Notes: generated by a model not told the origin, from the sequence alone. DNA of 64,000 nt from Acidimicrobiia bacterium (GCA_041577335.1 JBFGJH010000005.1:1-64000); one strand, 5' to 3'. Shown: positions 12,501 through 21,391, numbered from the stretch's first letter. Numbers and translations are program-made.

Positions 12501-14324
12501 ATCGCAGCGTTCGACCATCGGCACGTCTTCATCGACCCGAATCCCAATCCCACTGCATCACACGCAGAGCGGCGCCGGCTTTTTGAACAGCCCGGCAGTT
12601 CCTGGGAGGACTACCAACGGGCGGTCCTGTCGCCGGGCGGGGGTATCTACCCTCGCACAGCCAAACAGATCGAGCTGAGCGCAGAGGCTCGCGCCGCATT
12701 GGGGACCGAGGCAACTCGACTCACACCTGCCGAGCTCATCCGGGTAATCCTCCGGGCGCCCGCGGACCTGTTGTGGAACGGTGGCATCGGCACCTACGTC
12801 AAGGCCACCAGCGAGACCCACGATGAAGTCGGCGACCGCACCAACGAGGTCGTCAGAGTGAATGGGTCGGAGCTCAGATGTCGCGTTGTCGGCGAGGGCG
12901 GCAATCTCGGGCTCACCCAGAGGGGAAGGATCGAGTTTGCCCGGGCCGGCGGAAGGATCTTCACGGACTTCATCGACAACTCCGGTGGCGTCAATTGCTC
13001 GGATCGCGAAGTAAACCTGAAGATCCTGCTGAACATGGCGGTGGAGGCAGGCGAGCTCGAGGTGGCTGCCCGGAACCAGCTCATCCAAGAAGTGGCCGAC
13101 GATGTGGTCGAGCGCATCCTCTATGACAACTACCTCCAGGCTCAGGTGCTCGTGCAGGAAAGCGACGGTTCGGCCAGCCGAATCGAGGCATACGAGGATC
13201 TGATGACGATGTTGGAGTCCGACGGGGTGCTGCATCGAGAGTTGGAGCTGCTCCCCTCCTCAGACGAGATGGTGGAACGGTCTCGTGCGGGCCTTGGATT
13301 GACCGGGCCCGAGCTGTCGGTGCTCTTGACCTATGCCAAGCGGGCGTTGCGGGACGCCCTCATCGATTCCGAAACATTGGGCGCCCCCGAGCACTCACAA
13401 CAGCTCGCCGGGTACTTCCCCCGTCCGGTCAGCGATGCTTTTGCCCATTTCATCGCCGCTCACCCGCTTCGCCGTCAGCTGATCGCAACCATCGTCGCCA
13501 ACCAGGTCGTGAACTCCGAAGGTATCACCTTTGTCTCGCGGCTCATGGCGGAGACGGCGGCATCGGCCCCTCGCGTGGTCACCGCCTACCAGGTTGCCAG
13601 GGCAGTGACGGACGCATCAGAACGATGGCAGAGCATCGAAGCCATGTCGGGGAAGATCCCACCGGATATCGAGCGTGAGCTCCTTGCAGACGTGGACTCG
13701 CTCGTCGAGTCGGTAGCTCGCTGGCTGCTCTTTCATCCTCAGCCCGATCCACCGAGCGAAGCCACGGCTCGTCTGCGGCCGGCATTCCGAGAACTGACAT
13801 CGATGCTGGCGGAGGTCGGCCCGGCCACCTGGAGCGAAGCATGCGAAGAGGAGCGGCGCCGCTACATGAACAAAGGAGTGCCCGACGATATGGCGGCGTG
13901 GCACGCGTATCACGCCGACCTCGTCCACGCACTGGACATCGTCGAGGTGGCGGCACGGACCGAACGGTCGTTGCGGGATGTTGCGGCCGTCTTCCTCCAA
14001 CTTGGCGCGGCCGCAGAAATCGAGTGGCTCGAATCTCAGCTAGACACCATCCCGGCTTCATCGCGCTGGCACAGGCCAGCGATCCAGACGATCCGCGACG
14101 ACCTGGTGCAATTGCGCCGGGAGCTCGCCGAAGGGGTGTTCGCCGAGGCAGAGGGCCGAGAGGCCCGCGACGCTCTCGACCACTACCTCGTCTCTCGGAT
14201 CTCGGCGCTCGGGCGGCTCACCCGCTATGTGCACGGCCTTTCGGCCGAAGGGGTCCGAGATGTCTCGTCGGCCCTCGTAGCCGTTCGCCACATACGAAGC
14301 CTGTTGCGCGAGGAAGCGTCGTAG
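9537..14324 (+). CDS. gdh: Large NAD-specific glutamate dehydrogenase
   Basis: 1595 aa; RGGLRWS, KNAVIVPTGAKGGF, DPYLVVAADRGTATFS, GYDHKALGITAKGAW, GIGDMSGDVFGNGM. Confidence 0.97.
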   Translation: MQTQDSETAIEELLEHLAQPSGSAPGVLVDFARSYFRRVPADYRASVSADLLCGQVRSVFEFARLRRGHDVAVRVFTPDLAVHGYQTPGSVVEVIAPDMSFLVDSVTNEIRERGLTIEQVIHPVMGVIRNAAGELDQVLPARKTDQRESVQHYEIESRLSPEEADDLAAGIRAVLGDVRLAVRDFEPMRQIITRMVEITRRGTTRYDTEEVAESVDFLEWLLDDNFVFLGYREYAISATDRGPALAAIPNSGLGILARHGDSQVSSPVLLADLPPALQERYETGYLVVVTKTNAVSRVHRRAKMDYIGVRVIDDDGSVVGEARLLGLFTSKAYMTPAEAIPILRRKLLQVLEAEDVMSGSHLHKEIVQIFDSFPKEELFATPQEDIRQSIVGLVNLQEREQVRLFVRKDLLSRNISLLVVVPRDRFDADLRMAIHDHIKRRFDGASVDYRLALAETGTARVHFTVWLGDAQSLEVPFEELESEILKLSRTWEEDIEERLVDRLGPDRGLELARRWNHRFPSYYRSSTDHAVTVGDMLQLDELDSSNESLVVGVQQEQSVTESLTRVAVYKSGAKLELSAIMPTLEHFGLRVVEEVPTRLHGDPTMFIHDFGVLGADGVPLDVDRCGRRVAATVKAVLAGDAESDTLNPLIISGGLDHHQVAILRAYRVYWQRVGTGFTNAYLDKAFLAHPEIAADLVRLFEARFRLDEESWREEGELVNRIAVALDDVQSLDHDRILRAFLGMIIATVRTNAFQPNRSRLVLKFDSAKVPGMPAPAPAFEIFVYAPDVEGIHLRGGRISRGGLRWSVRREDYRSEVLGLMKAQMTKNAVIVPTGAKGGFVLRRSEGDSPSHDEVRAAYATFVRGLLDVTDNLVAGAVVHPPDVRVHDDADPYLVVAADRGTATFSNLANDIAAEYGFWLDDAFASGGSEGYDHKALGITAKGAWESVRRHFREEGIDPETTPFTVVGIGDMSGDVFGNGMLETDQMQLIAAFDHRHVFIDPNPNPTASHAERRRLFEQPGSSWEDYQRAVLSPGGGIYPRTAKQIELSAEARAALGTEATRLTPAELIRVILRAPADLLWNGGIGTYVKATSETHDEVGDRTNEVVRVNGSELRCRVVGEGGNLGLTQRGRIEFARAGGRIFTDFIDNSGGVNCSDREVNLKILLNMAVEAGELEVAARNQLIQEVADDVVERILYDNYLQAQVLVQESDGSASRIEAYEDLMTMLESDGVLHRELELLPSSDEMVERSRAGLGLTGPELSVLLTYAKRALRDALIDSETLGAPEHSQQLAGYFPRPVSDAFAHFIAAHPLRRQLIATIVANQVVNSEGITFVSRLMAETAASAPRVVTAYQVARAVTDASERWQSIEAMSGKIPPDIERELLADVDSLVESVARWLLFHPQPDPPSEATARLRPAFRELTSMLAEVGPATWSEACEEERRRYMNKGVPDDMAAWHAYHADLVHALDIVEVAARTERSLRDVAAVFLQLGAAAEIEWLESQLDTIPASSRWHRPAIQTIRDDLVQLRRELAEGVFAEAEGREARDALDHYLVSRISALGRLTRYVHGLSAEGVRDVSSALVAVRHIRSLLREEAS

Positions 14325-14422
14325 CCCTGCGGCTGGTGGTGCCAATCTCCTCCGACGATGCCGGCGTCCCAACTCGAAGGCGGCAACCGCGACGCTCACG
14401 ACCAAACCGACTGTCCGAGGCA

Positions 14423-14458
14423 GAGCCATCGGTCCCCGTGCTTCGGGTACTCCGTCCC
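14423..14458. promoter_or_regulatory. Two DevR/DosR-like boxes upstream of nfnA
   Basis: GAGCCATCGGTCCC (14423-14436) and GGGTACTCCGTCCC (14445-14458), 22 bp apart, both resemble GGGAC-N4-GNCCC. Confidence 0.35.
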
Positions 14459-14511
14459 TGACATTTCGGGGTCCCCGACGGGCAAACTTGATTTGATGGA
14501 ACTCCCGCGAG

Positions 14512-15378
14512 ATGACTTTGTTTGACATCCTCGAGGCTCGAGATCTCGCGCCACAGGTCCGCTATCTGCGCGTGGCCGCTCCCAAGATCGCCCGGCGGCG
14601 GAAAGCTGGGCAATTCGTGATCGTCCGAGCCTCTGCCGATGGAGAGCGGATCCCTCTCACGATCGCCGACTCGAACGTCGATGATGGCTGGATTGCTCTC
14701 GTCGTGCAGGCGGTCGGGAAGAGCACCAAGCGACTCAATGCACTGACCGCGGGCGATTCAATCGCCGACGTCGCCGGGCCGCTGGGAATGCCCTCTCGGA
14801 TCGAGCGGTTCGGCACCGCAGTATCCATCGGAGGCGGCGTCGGCACCGCAATCGCGTACCCCACTGCGGTTGCCCTCAAACAGGCCGGCAATCACGTCAT
14901 CTCGATCATTGGAGGTCGCAGCAGGCCCTTCGTGCTGCTCGAAGAGGAAATGCGCGCGGCCTGTGACGAGGTCTATCCCACCACCGACGACGGGTCCTAC
15001 GGCTACCACGGCTTCGTCACCGACAAGCTGAACGATTTGATCAACGAGGGCCGAGAGCTCGACTTCGTGCTGGCGATCGGCCCCATTCCCATGATGCAGG
15101 CGGTCGCAGAATCGACCCGCCCGCACGGCATCGAGACCGTTGTGAGCCTCAATCCAATCATGGTCGACGGGACCGGCATGTGCGGCGGCTGTCGTGTGGC
15201 GGTGGGCGGCCAGACCAAGTTCGCATGCGTCGACGGGCCCGAATTCGACGCCCACGAAGTGGATTTCGATCTTCTCGCCAAAAGGAACCGAGCATATCTC
15301 GGGTTCGAACGCCGACGGAGCGCCGAGCTGGACGACTGCGCTATTCCGCCAGGTCTGCCCACGAGGTCGTCACCGTGA
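14512..15378 (+). CDS. nfnA: NfnA/SudB-type FAD/NAD-binding [2Fe-2S] subunit
   Basis: AGQFVIVR, GERIPLTIAD, GGGVG, C-terminal MVDGTGMCGGCRV...FACVDGPEFD. Confidence 0.9.
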   Translation: MTLFDILEARDLAPQVRYLRVAAPKIARRRKAGQFVIVRASADGERIPLTIADSNVDDGWIALVVQAVGKSTKRLNALTAGDSIADVAGPLGMPSRIERFGTAVSIGGGVGTAIAYPTAVALKQAGNHVISIIGGRSRPFVLLEEEMRAACDEVYPTTDDGSYGYHGFVTDKLNDLINEGRELDFVLAIGPIPMMQAVAESTRPHGIETVVSLNPIMVDGTGMCGGCRVAVGGQTKFACVDGPEFDAHEVDFDLLAKRNRAYLGFERRRSAELDDCAIPPGLPTRSSP

Positions 15379-16886
15379 ACGAGCTCACTCGCCGCGAGCG
15401 GCTGGCAATCGAACGCCAGGCGATGCCCGAGCGAGACGCCGACGAACGCCGCACGGATTTCTCAGAAGTGAATCTCGGGTTCACGGCGGGCCTGGCAATG
15501 CTGGAGGCGCAACGGTGCCTCATGTGCCGCCGGCCGGTGTGCATCGAAGGCTGCCCGGTGGGAGTCAAGATCACCGACTTCATCGAGCTGGTCACCGACG
15601 GCGATTATGCAGGCGCAGCGGCAGTCATCAAGGAGGACAACTCGCTTCCGGCGGTATGCGGACGCGTCTGCCCCCAAGAAAACCAGTGCGAAGGTGCATG
15701 CGTCCTGGGCAGGAAACATCGTCCGGTCGCCATCGGAGCCTTGGAGCGGTTCGTGGCGGACTACGAACGCACCCAGGGGCTGACGTCCGTTCAATCACCA
15801 CCGATCAAGACGGGGAAACGAGTAGCGATTGTGGGCAGCGGACCTGCCGGTCTGGCGTGTGCAAGCGATCTCGCCAAATTGGGCCACAGCGTGACGGTAT
15901 TCGAAGCACTTCACGAGCTTGGTGGGGTCCTCGTATATGGCATCCCCGAGTTTCGCCTCCCCAAGGAGATCGTGCAGGCGGAGATCGTCCAACTCGAACA
16001 GCTTGGTGTGGAGTTCGTGACAAACGCCGTGATCGGGATGATGGACACCCTGGACGATCTGTTCGACGAGGAGAACTTCGACGCCATCTTCGTCGGGGTC
16101 GGCGCCGGGCTGCCACGCTTTCCCAACATCCCGGGACAGAACCTCATTGGCGTCTATTCGGCCAACGAGTTCCTCACCAGAGTCAATCTGATGAAGGCGT
16201 ACCAAGAGGGGTCGGAAACGCCGGTCTACGACGTGAGCTCCAAGCGGGTTGCCGTATTCGGTGGGGGCAACACAGCCATGGATGCCGTGCGCACCGCACT
16301 CCGACTCGGCGCCGACGTGGCCACGATCGTGTACCGGAGGTCAGAAGACGAGATGCCGGCCCGCCAAGAGGAAGTGAACCACGCTCGAGACGAAGGAGTT
16401 CAGTTCCAGTTGTTGGCGGCGCCCGTCGAGTTCCTTGGTGACGATGACGGATTCCTCACGGGTGTTCGGCTGGTGCGTATGGAGCTCGGCGAGCCCGACG
16501 ACAGCGGGAGAAGACGGCCGGCACCAGTCGTCGGAACCGAGTGGGTGGAGGCTCTTGATGTAGCCGTCGTTGCTCTCGGCAACAGCCCGAACCCGCTCCT
16601 GCCGAAGACGGCGCCGGATCTCCGCCAGACGCGGTGGGGAACCCTGGTGGCTGACGCCGAGACGGGACGAACAACGAAGAAGGGCGTCTTCGCGGGCGGG
16701 GATATCGTGACCGGCGGTGCCACCGTGATCCTGGCGATGGGCGCCGGAAGGAGGGCGGCGGCCTCCATCAACGACTACCTCGAGACCGGCGTGTGGGACG
16801 ACCACGCCGGGCCTGGGCAGGAGTCGGAGTCCTCGCAGGCGGCGGTGGCCGGATCGGTCACCTCTGCCGATGCGCCACCGGAGTAG
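15375..16886 (+). CDS. nfnB: NfnB/SudA-type NADPH-dependent flavoprotein (glutamate synthase beta-like), two [4Fe-4S]
   Basis: RCLMC...CIEGCP, CGRVCPQENQCEGAC, GSGPAG, YGIPEFRLPK, GGGNTAMD, GGDIVTGGATVILAMGAG; GTG 15375 overlaps the nfnA stop. Confidence 0.9.
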   Translation: MNELTRRERLAIERQAMPERDADERRTDFSEVNLGFTAGLAMLEAQRCLMCRRPVCIEGCPVGVKITDFIELVTDGDYAGAAAVIKEDNSLPAVCGRVCPQENQCEGACVLGRKHRPVAIGALERFVADYERTQGLTSVQSPPIKTGKRVAIVGSGPAGLACASDLAKLGHSVTVFEALHELGGVLVYGIPEFRLPKEIVQAEIVQLEQLGVEFVTNAVIGMMDTLDDLFDEENFDAIFVGVGAGLPRFPNIPGQNLIGVYSANEFLTRVNLMKAYQEGSETPVYDVSSKRVAVFGGGNTAMDAVRTALRLGADVATIVYRRSEDEMPARQEEVNHARDEGVQFQLLAAPVEFLGDDDGFLTGVRLVRMELGEPDDSGRRRPAPVVGTEWVEALDVAVVALGNSPNPLLPKTAPDLRQTRWGTLVADAETGRTTKKGVFAGGDIVTGGATVILAMGAGRRAAASINDYLETGVWDDHAGPGQESESSQAAVAGSVTSADAPPE

Positions 16887-16966
16887 GTCTCGGGCTGTGG
16901 TCATTGATGCGCCCACTCGTCTGACACCTGGCGTTTCTTGACCCAGGCGGCCCCTACGCTCCTTCC

Positions 16967-19222
16967 ATGGAGTTGAACGAAGTCCTCGCCACCTGGGCAG
17001 ATTCGCCTGACCTCGATGGCGAGCTCGTTCACGTTGAGACGCTCCGAGAATCGGGTGCCATTTCTGGAGACCTTGTCCGGCCCCTACCAGACGAGTTGAC
17101 CGCCGTCCTCGACGACGCCGGCATCGAAAGGTTCTACCGACACCAGGCTCGGGCCATCGATTCGGTTCGGAGCGGCAACCACACGGTGGTGGTGGCCGGC
17201 ACCGCCTCGGGCAAGACCCTCTGCTATCAGCTCCCCATCGCCGAGCGCATCCTCGACAACAAGCGGTCCACCGCGCTGCTCCTCTTCCCCACCAAGGCGC
17301 TGGCTCAAGACCAGCTTCGCTCGATCGGGCAGTTGGGAGCTCCCGATCTCGTGGCCGCCACCTACGACGGCGACGCCGATCGCGAGGACCGGGTGTGGGT
17401 GCGGCGCAACGCCAATGTGGTGCTCACCAACCCCGACATGCTCCATTTTGGGATCCTGCCCAACCATGGCAAGTGGGCCGACTTCATGCTGCGGCTCAAA
17501 TACGTCGTGATCGACGAGATGCATATGTTGCGAGGCATCTTCGGGTCGCATGTGGCGCTGATCCTGCGGCGGCTGCGGCGCATCGCCGCCCACTATGGCG
17601 CCTCCCCCACCTTCATCTTCACGAGCGCCACCATCGGCAATCCAGGCGATCTGGCTACCGCCCTTTCCGGGTTGGACGTCGCAGTCTGCGAGGGTGATGA
17701 CTCGGCCAAGGGCGAACGGCTGGTGGCCCTGTGGAATCCCCCCCTCGACGAGGACGATCCTGGGATTCGGCGGTCGGCGATGGCCGAAACCACCGACCTG
17801 TTCGTGGACCTGATTCGCAACGATTTGCACACGATTGTCTTTTCTCGGTCGCGCAAGGCGACGGAGTTGATCTACCGGTGGGCGCGAGACCGGGTGGGCC
17901 TCGAAAGGCGCGATCGCATCGCGCCGTATCGCTCGGGGTACAAAGCGTCGGATCGTCGGGAGACAGAACGAAAGCTGTTCTCAGGAGACCTCTTGGGCAT
18001 CACCGCCACCAATGCGCTGGAACTCGGCATCGATGTGGGGGCGCTGGACGCTGCCATCGTCAACACCTTCCCCGGAACGATCTCGTCCTTCCGTCAGCAG
18101 GCGGGCCGGGCCGGGCGAACTCAGAAGCAGTCCTTGGCGGTGCTGGTAGGCGGCCAGGACAACCTCGACCAGTACTTCATGACCCACCCGCGGGAGTTGT
18201 TCGAGCGAACGCCTGAGTCGGCAGTCATCAACCCGGACAATCCCACAGTGGTCGAGGCTCACGTCGCCTGCGCGTCGTACGAATTGCCTCTGGAGCTTTC
18301 CGATCGAGACTATTTCGGGGCCAACACCGAAGAGGCGGTGGCCACGCTCGCCGCCGAGGGTCACCTGGTGGCGAGGAAGGGCCGCATGATGTGGAGCAGG
18401 TCGGTTTCGCCGGCTGGCCGGGTCGGGATCCGCACGTCCGGGTCGGTGACGTACACCATTCACAACGAGGCCGACGGCGAGACGATCGGCACGTTCGAGG
18501 AGTCACGCGTGTTCCGCGAAGCCCACCCCGGGGCGGTGTATCTCCACCAGGGAGAGACGCTGGTGGTGGAGGCGCTCGACCGTGACCGTCATGAGATTCG
18601 AGTGCGTCCGGCGGCCATCGACTACTACACGCAGGCCCAACAGGAGACGTGGCTCGAGGTCCTGGCGATCGACGCTGAGACGTCGGTCGGTCCCGCCAAC
18701 GTCTACCTCGGGTCAATGCAGGTGGAAGAACATGTCGTCGGCTACAAACGGAAGAAGATCGGCAGTGGCGAAACCCTGGCCACCGAATACCTCGACCTCC
18801 CCCCGACGTCATATGTGACCCAAGGCGTCTGGTACACCATCGCAGATTCGGTGATCGACCGACTGGATCTGCCCCTGGATGAGCTGCTGGGCACGCTCCA
18901 TGCCGCCGAGCACGCGGCCATCGGCATGCTTCCGTTGTTTGCGATCTGCGACCGCTGGGACATCGGTGGTTTGTCGACCAACTATCACCCGGTGAGCGGC
19001 ATGGCGACGATCTTCATCTACGAGGCATATGCCGGCGGAGCGGGCATTTCGCCAATGGCATTCGAGGTGGTCCGGGACCACCTCGTGGCGACGAAGGAGG
19101 CGATCGCGGCGTGCCCGTGCAAGGTCGGTTGCCCGAGCTGCATCGTGTCCCCCAAGTGCGGCAACTACAACGAACCGCTCTCCAAGCAAGGCGCCGTCCG
19201 CCTGCTCGACGCTCTCATCTGA
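16967..19222 (+). CDS. DEAD/DEAH-box helicase with DUF1998 (MrfA/SftH/Hrq1-like)
   Basis: GTASGKT, PTKALAQDQ, DEMH, SAT, TNALELGIDVG, QQAGRAGR, C-terminal CPC..GCPSC..SPKCGN. Confidence 0.95.
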   Translation: MELNEVLATWADSPDLDGELVHVETLRESGAISGDLVRPLPDELTAVLDDAGIERFYRHQARAIDSVRSGNHTVVVAGTASGKTLCYQLPIAERILDNKRSTALLLFPTKALAQDQLRSIGQLGAPDLVAATYDGDADREDRVWVRRNANVVLTNPDMLHFGILPNHGKWADFMLRLKYVVIDEMHMLRGIFGSHVALILRRLRRIAAHYGASPTFIFTSATIGNPGDLATALSGLDVAVCEGDDSAKGERLVALWNPPLDEDDPGIRRSAMAETTDLFVDLIRNDLHTIVFSRSRKATELIYRWARDRVGLERRDRIAPYRSGYKASDRRETERKLFSGDLLGITATNALELGIDVGALDAAIVNTFPGTISSFRQQAGRAGRTQKQSLAVLVGGQDNLDQYFMTHPRELFERTPESAVINPDNPTVVEAHVACASYELPLELSDRDYFGANTEEAVATLAAEGHLVARKGRMMWSRSVSPAGRVGIRTSGSVTYTIHNEADGETIGTFEESRVFREAHPGAVYLHQGETLVVEALDRDRHEIRVRPAAIDYYTQAQQETWLEVLAIDAETSVGPANVYLGSMQVEEHVVGYKRKKIGSGETLATEYLDLPPTSYVTQGVWYTIADSVIDRLDLPLDELLGTLHAAEHAAIGMLPLFAICDRWDIGGLSTNYHPVSGMATIFIYEAYAGGAGISPMAFEVVRDHLVATKEAIAACPCKVGCPSCIVSPKCGNYNEPLSKQGAVRLLDALI

Positions 19223-19223
19223 C

Positions 19224-19270
19224 GAACCCAGGGTTGAACCCGGGGTTCAGCGTTTCAGATTTGCAACGCT
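19224..19270 (+). repeat. REP-like palindromic element, left copy
   Basis: Tandem GAACCC(A/G)GGGTT x2, then CAGCGTTTCAG...AACGCT; inverted homologue at 20608-20642. Confidence 0.65.
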
Positions 19271-19381
19271 CAGCCCTCAGAACGGGCTTCGGGGATGAGC
19301 CAGAACGACGTCGCGCTCTACCAGCGCCAATATGGCGTCGGTCGGCACCGCACCAGTGGTCCGGTGAAGGGCGTGCGTCCG

Positions 19382-19780
19382 TCAAGCGGTGGCAGCGCCG
19401 AAGGAGCCGGGAAGGGGCTCTTTCTTCCAGCGACCGTAGGCGATGTACGCCAGGATCGCCCCCAAGAGGATGTTCTGGGCGAAGTTGCCTTCGCCGCTGG
19501 TGATATGCCAGATCGCCGCACCCGCCATAACGAGAATGAGGCCAACAGCCGCCAATACGGTGAGCTCTGGCCGGATCTTGGTGAGACCCGGCAGGATGAG
19601 CCCAAGGCCTCCGAGGATCTCGGCGATGCCCGAAACCAGGTGAAGACCGTCCGACAACTCATACATCCACTCCATCGGACCTGGCAAACCCTCCGGGACG
19701 ATGAAGTGCATGATCCCCGTCGCTACGAAATAGACACCCATAACGATCTGGACGATCCACAAGGTTCGGTTTGCGTACAC
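19382..19780 (-). CDS. DoxX-family membrane protein
   Basis: LWIVQIVMGVYFVATGIMHF, GIAEILGGLGLILP, LAAVGLILVMAGAAIWH. Confidence 0.88.
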   Translation of the reverse strand: MYANRTLWIVQIVMGVYFVATGIMHFIVPEGLPGPMEWMYELSDGLHLVSGIAEILGGLGLILPGLTKIRPELTVLAAVGLILVMAGAAIWHITSGEGNFAQNILLGAILAYIAYGRWKKEPLPGSFGAATA

Positions 19781-19935
19781 GGCGCCTCCACTGGGTCTCT
19801 CGACTCGTTTCGATAGTTGATCCTATCAACTACCTCCGATCCCAGAGGGAACTGTCCTCGCCCCGATGGTCGCGACCAAAGCAGTGGGAGGACCGTCGGG
19901 GGTCCTCCCAGCAATTCACCGGGTCTTGCAGCCGT

Positions 19936-20469
19936 TCAGTAGAGCGTCCCCAACACGTAGCCCGACCCGAACCCGCTGTTGTCGACTGCGCCAATCAAAC
20001 CATGGCCGGACGCACCTGCGAAGACGCCCGTGCCATCGACGACCGTGTAGATCAGCTCCACGTTGCTCTGCCACACGCCGACATCGAGATCACCCGCAAA
20101 CCTGAAGCCCCCGTGGTACGCGAGCGTGAGGACATCGCCATCGGGTGTGGTGAACGTGTGCATCCCAGATCCAATCCTGCCGGTCGCTCGGCCAGGGTTG
20201 AACGCCAGCCAGGCACTGCAGTGTTCATTCTCGAATGACACTGACCCGGTGTAGTACGGCGTTTGGACCCATCCGTCGCCGGCGTTCTGGATGATCCACT
20301 GGAAGCCGTCGGGGCAGCGCGCTGCTACCGCATCGGGGTCGTCGTTGAATCCAACCGTCGGCCCTTGAAACATGGACCAGAGCTCATGTGAGTCGGCGGC
20401 AGTGGCCGGTACGGCTGCCATGAGCAGTACGGCGAGCGCAAGAATCATGCCACGAAATGCTGTGCGCAT
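19936..20469 (-). CDS. Secreted beta-rich hypothetical protein
   Basis: Signal peptide ending ATA-A; GGAGG before ATG 20469; C-terminal VVDGTGVFAGASGHG. Confidence 0.75.
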   Translation of the reverse strand: MRTAFRGMILALAVLLMAAVPATAADSHELWSMFQGPTVGFNDDPDAVAARCPDGFQWIIQNAGDGWVQTPYYTGSVSFENEHCSAWLAFNPGRATGRIGSGMHTFTTPDGDVLTLAYHGGFRFAGDLDVGVWQSNVELIYTVVDGTGVFAGASGHGLIGAVDNSGFGSGYVLGTLY

Positions 20470-20607
20470 TCTCGGCCTCCCTTCATGAGGAATGCTCAAA
20501 TGGGGGGACCTCGCACCAGCTTCGCCGATCGTCGGTCGGAATGCCAGAGGCGAAGGTCCTGATGCAACTCTCGCTCGCCGCGAGATCCCGCCCCGACTGC
20601 TTGCTCC

Positions 20608-20642
20608 AGCGTTTCAGGAATGCGGCCCTGAACCCCGGGTTC
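20608..20642 (-). repeat. REP-like palindromic element, right (inverted) copy
   Basis: CTGAACCCCGGGTTC (20628-20642) is the exact reverse complement of 19236-19250; weaker similarity continues about 20 nt. Confidence 0.65.
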
Positions 20643-20648
20643 GAGGTC

Positions 20649-21035
20649 CTAGTTACGCAGCAGCTCGACCGGCTCGAATTCGGCGGCGGCGGTCCGTTCC
20701 AGATTCACCGTTCCCAACACCGGCACGGTCGTCTCGTAGCGGACTGTGACCACAACGGTGCGGCCGCGGTAGGAGGCATCAGTCGGGCAATCGCAGCGCA
20801 GGAGCACCGCGCTGTTCGCAACAGCCAGCGCCCGGGCGTGCTCGGCCGGAGCCCGGCCGCCTCCCAGCGGTGGAAAGGTGGCAGGCGCCGCCGCCAGCGC
20901 AGCCGCTTCTGCGGCAGCAACGGCTCGTTCCGAGGCAGTCGCGGCGCCCGCCAGCGCCACGATGGTGAGCACAACCACGACAAGCACTGCCATCGTGGCA
21001 GCCACGATCAGCGACACCGACCCGCGCTCGGTCAC
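20649..21035 (-). CDS. TadE/TadG-like minor pilin (Rv3654c-like)
   Basis: ERGSVSLIV prepilin-like start, A..AAEAAALAAA, A..LA.AN...L..C. Confidence 0.8.
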   Translation of the reverse strand: MTERGSVSLIVAATMAVLVVVVLTIVALAGAATASERAVAAAEAAALAAAPATFPPLGGGRAPAEHARALAVANSAVLLRCDCPTDASYRGRTVVVTVRYETTVPVLGTVNLERTAAAEFEPVELLRN

Positions 21036-21391
21036 AATTCGACCCGCATCACCGATCGTGCCCGCAAGGTCACTGACAGGCCGATGATGCCAAGCCGATG
21101 TGGCACGCTGACCTCGACGATGGCGTTTGCGCCAACTGAGCTGGGACGGGTCACTGAGACGCGCGCCATCCCAGCATCCTGGGAATCGAGCAGCGACAAC
21201 GTCGCTTCGACGGCGCGAACTGTGTCCGGGGTGGTCGCGGCCACCCGCACCCCTTCCCTCGCTGCGTGTGACAGCTCGAGCTGAGTGCGGGCGACCACGG
21301 TCACCTCGGCGATCGCAAGCAAGATCAGCACTACGGCAGGCAAGATCAGGACGAACTCGACGACTGCAGAGCCCTGCTCACGACCGGTCAT
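21032..21391 (-). CDS. tadE: TadE-family pseudopilin
   Basis: EQGSAVVEFVLILP and AAREGVR; ATG overlaps the pilin stop. Confidence 0.88.
   Translation of the reverse strand: MTGREQGSAVVEFVLILPAVVLILLAIAEVTVVARTQLELSHAAREGVRVAATTPDTVRAVEATLSLLDSQDAGMARVSVTRPSSVGANAIVEVSVPHRLGIIGLSVTLRARSVMRVEL

Noticed and set aside
14478..14510. GGGCAAAC resembling the start of a c-di-GMP-I riboswitch
   Set aside because: No GAAA-capped P2 stem and no downstream GCAAAG/P3 elements.
15375..16886. Glutamate synthase (GOGAT) call
   Set aside because: No large subunit, and it is coupled to an NfnA-type gene, so NfnAB fits better.
16967..19222. DUF1998 helicase as part of a DISARM/Druantia-type defence system
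   Set aside because: Stand-alone housekeeping-type gene in its usual tad-linked position; no methylase, SNF2 or PLD partners.
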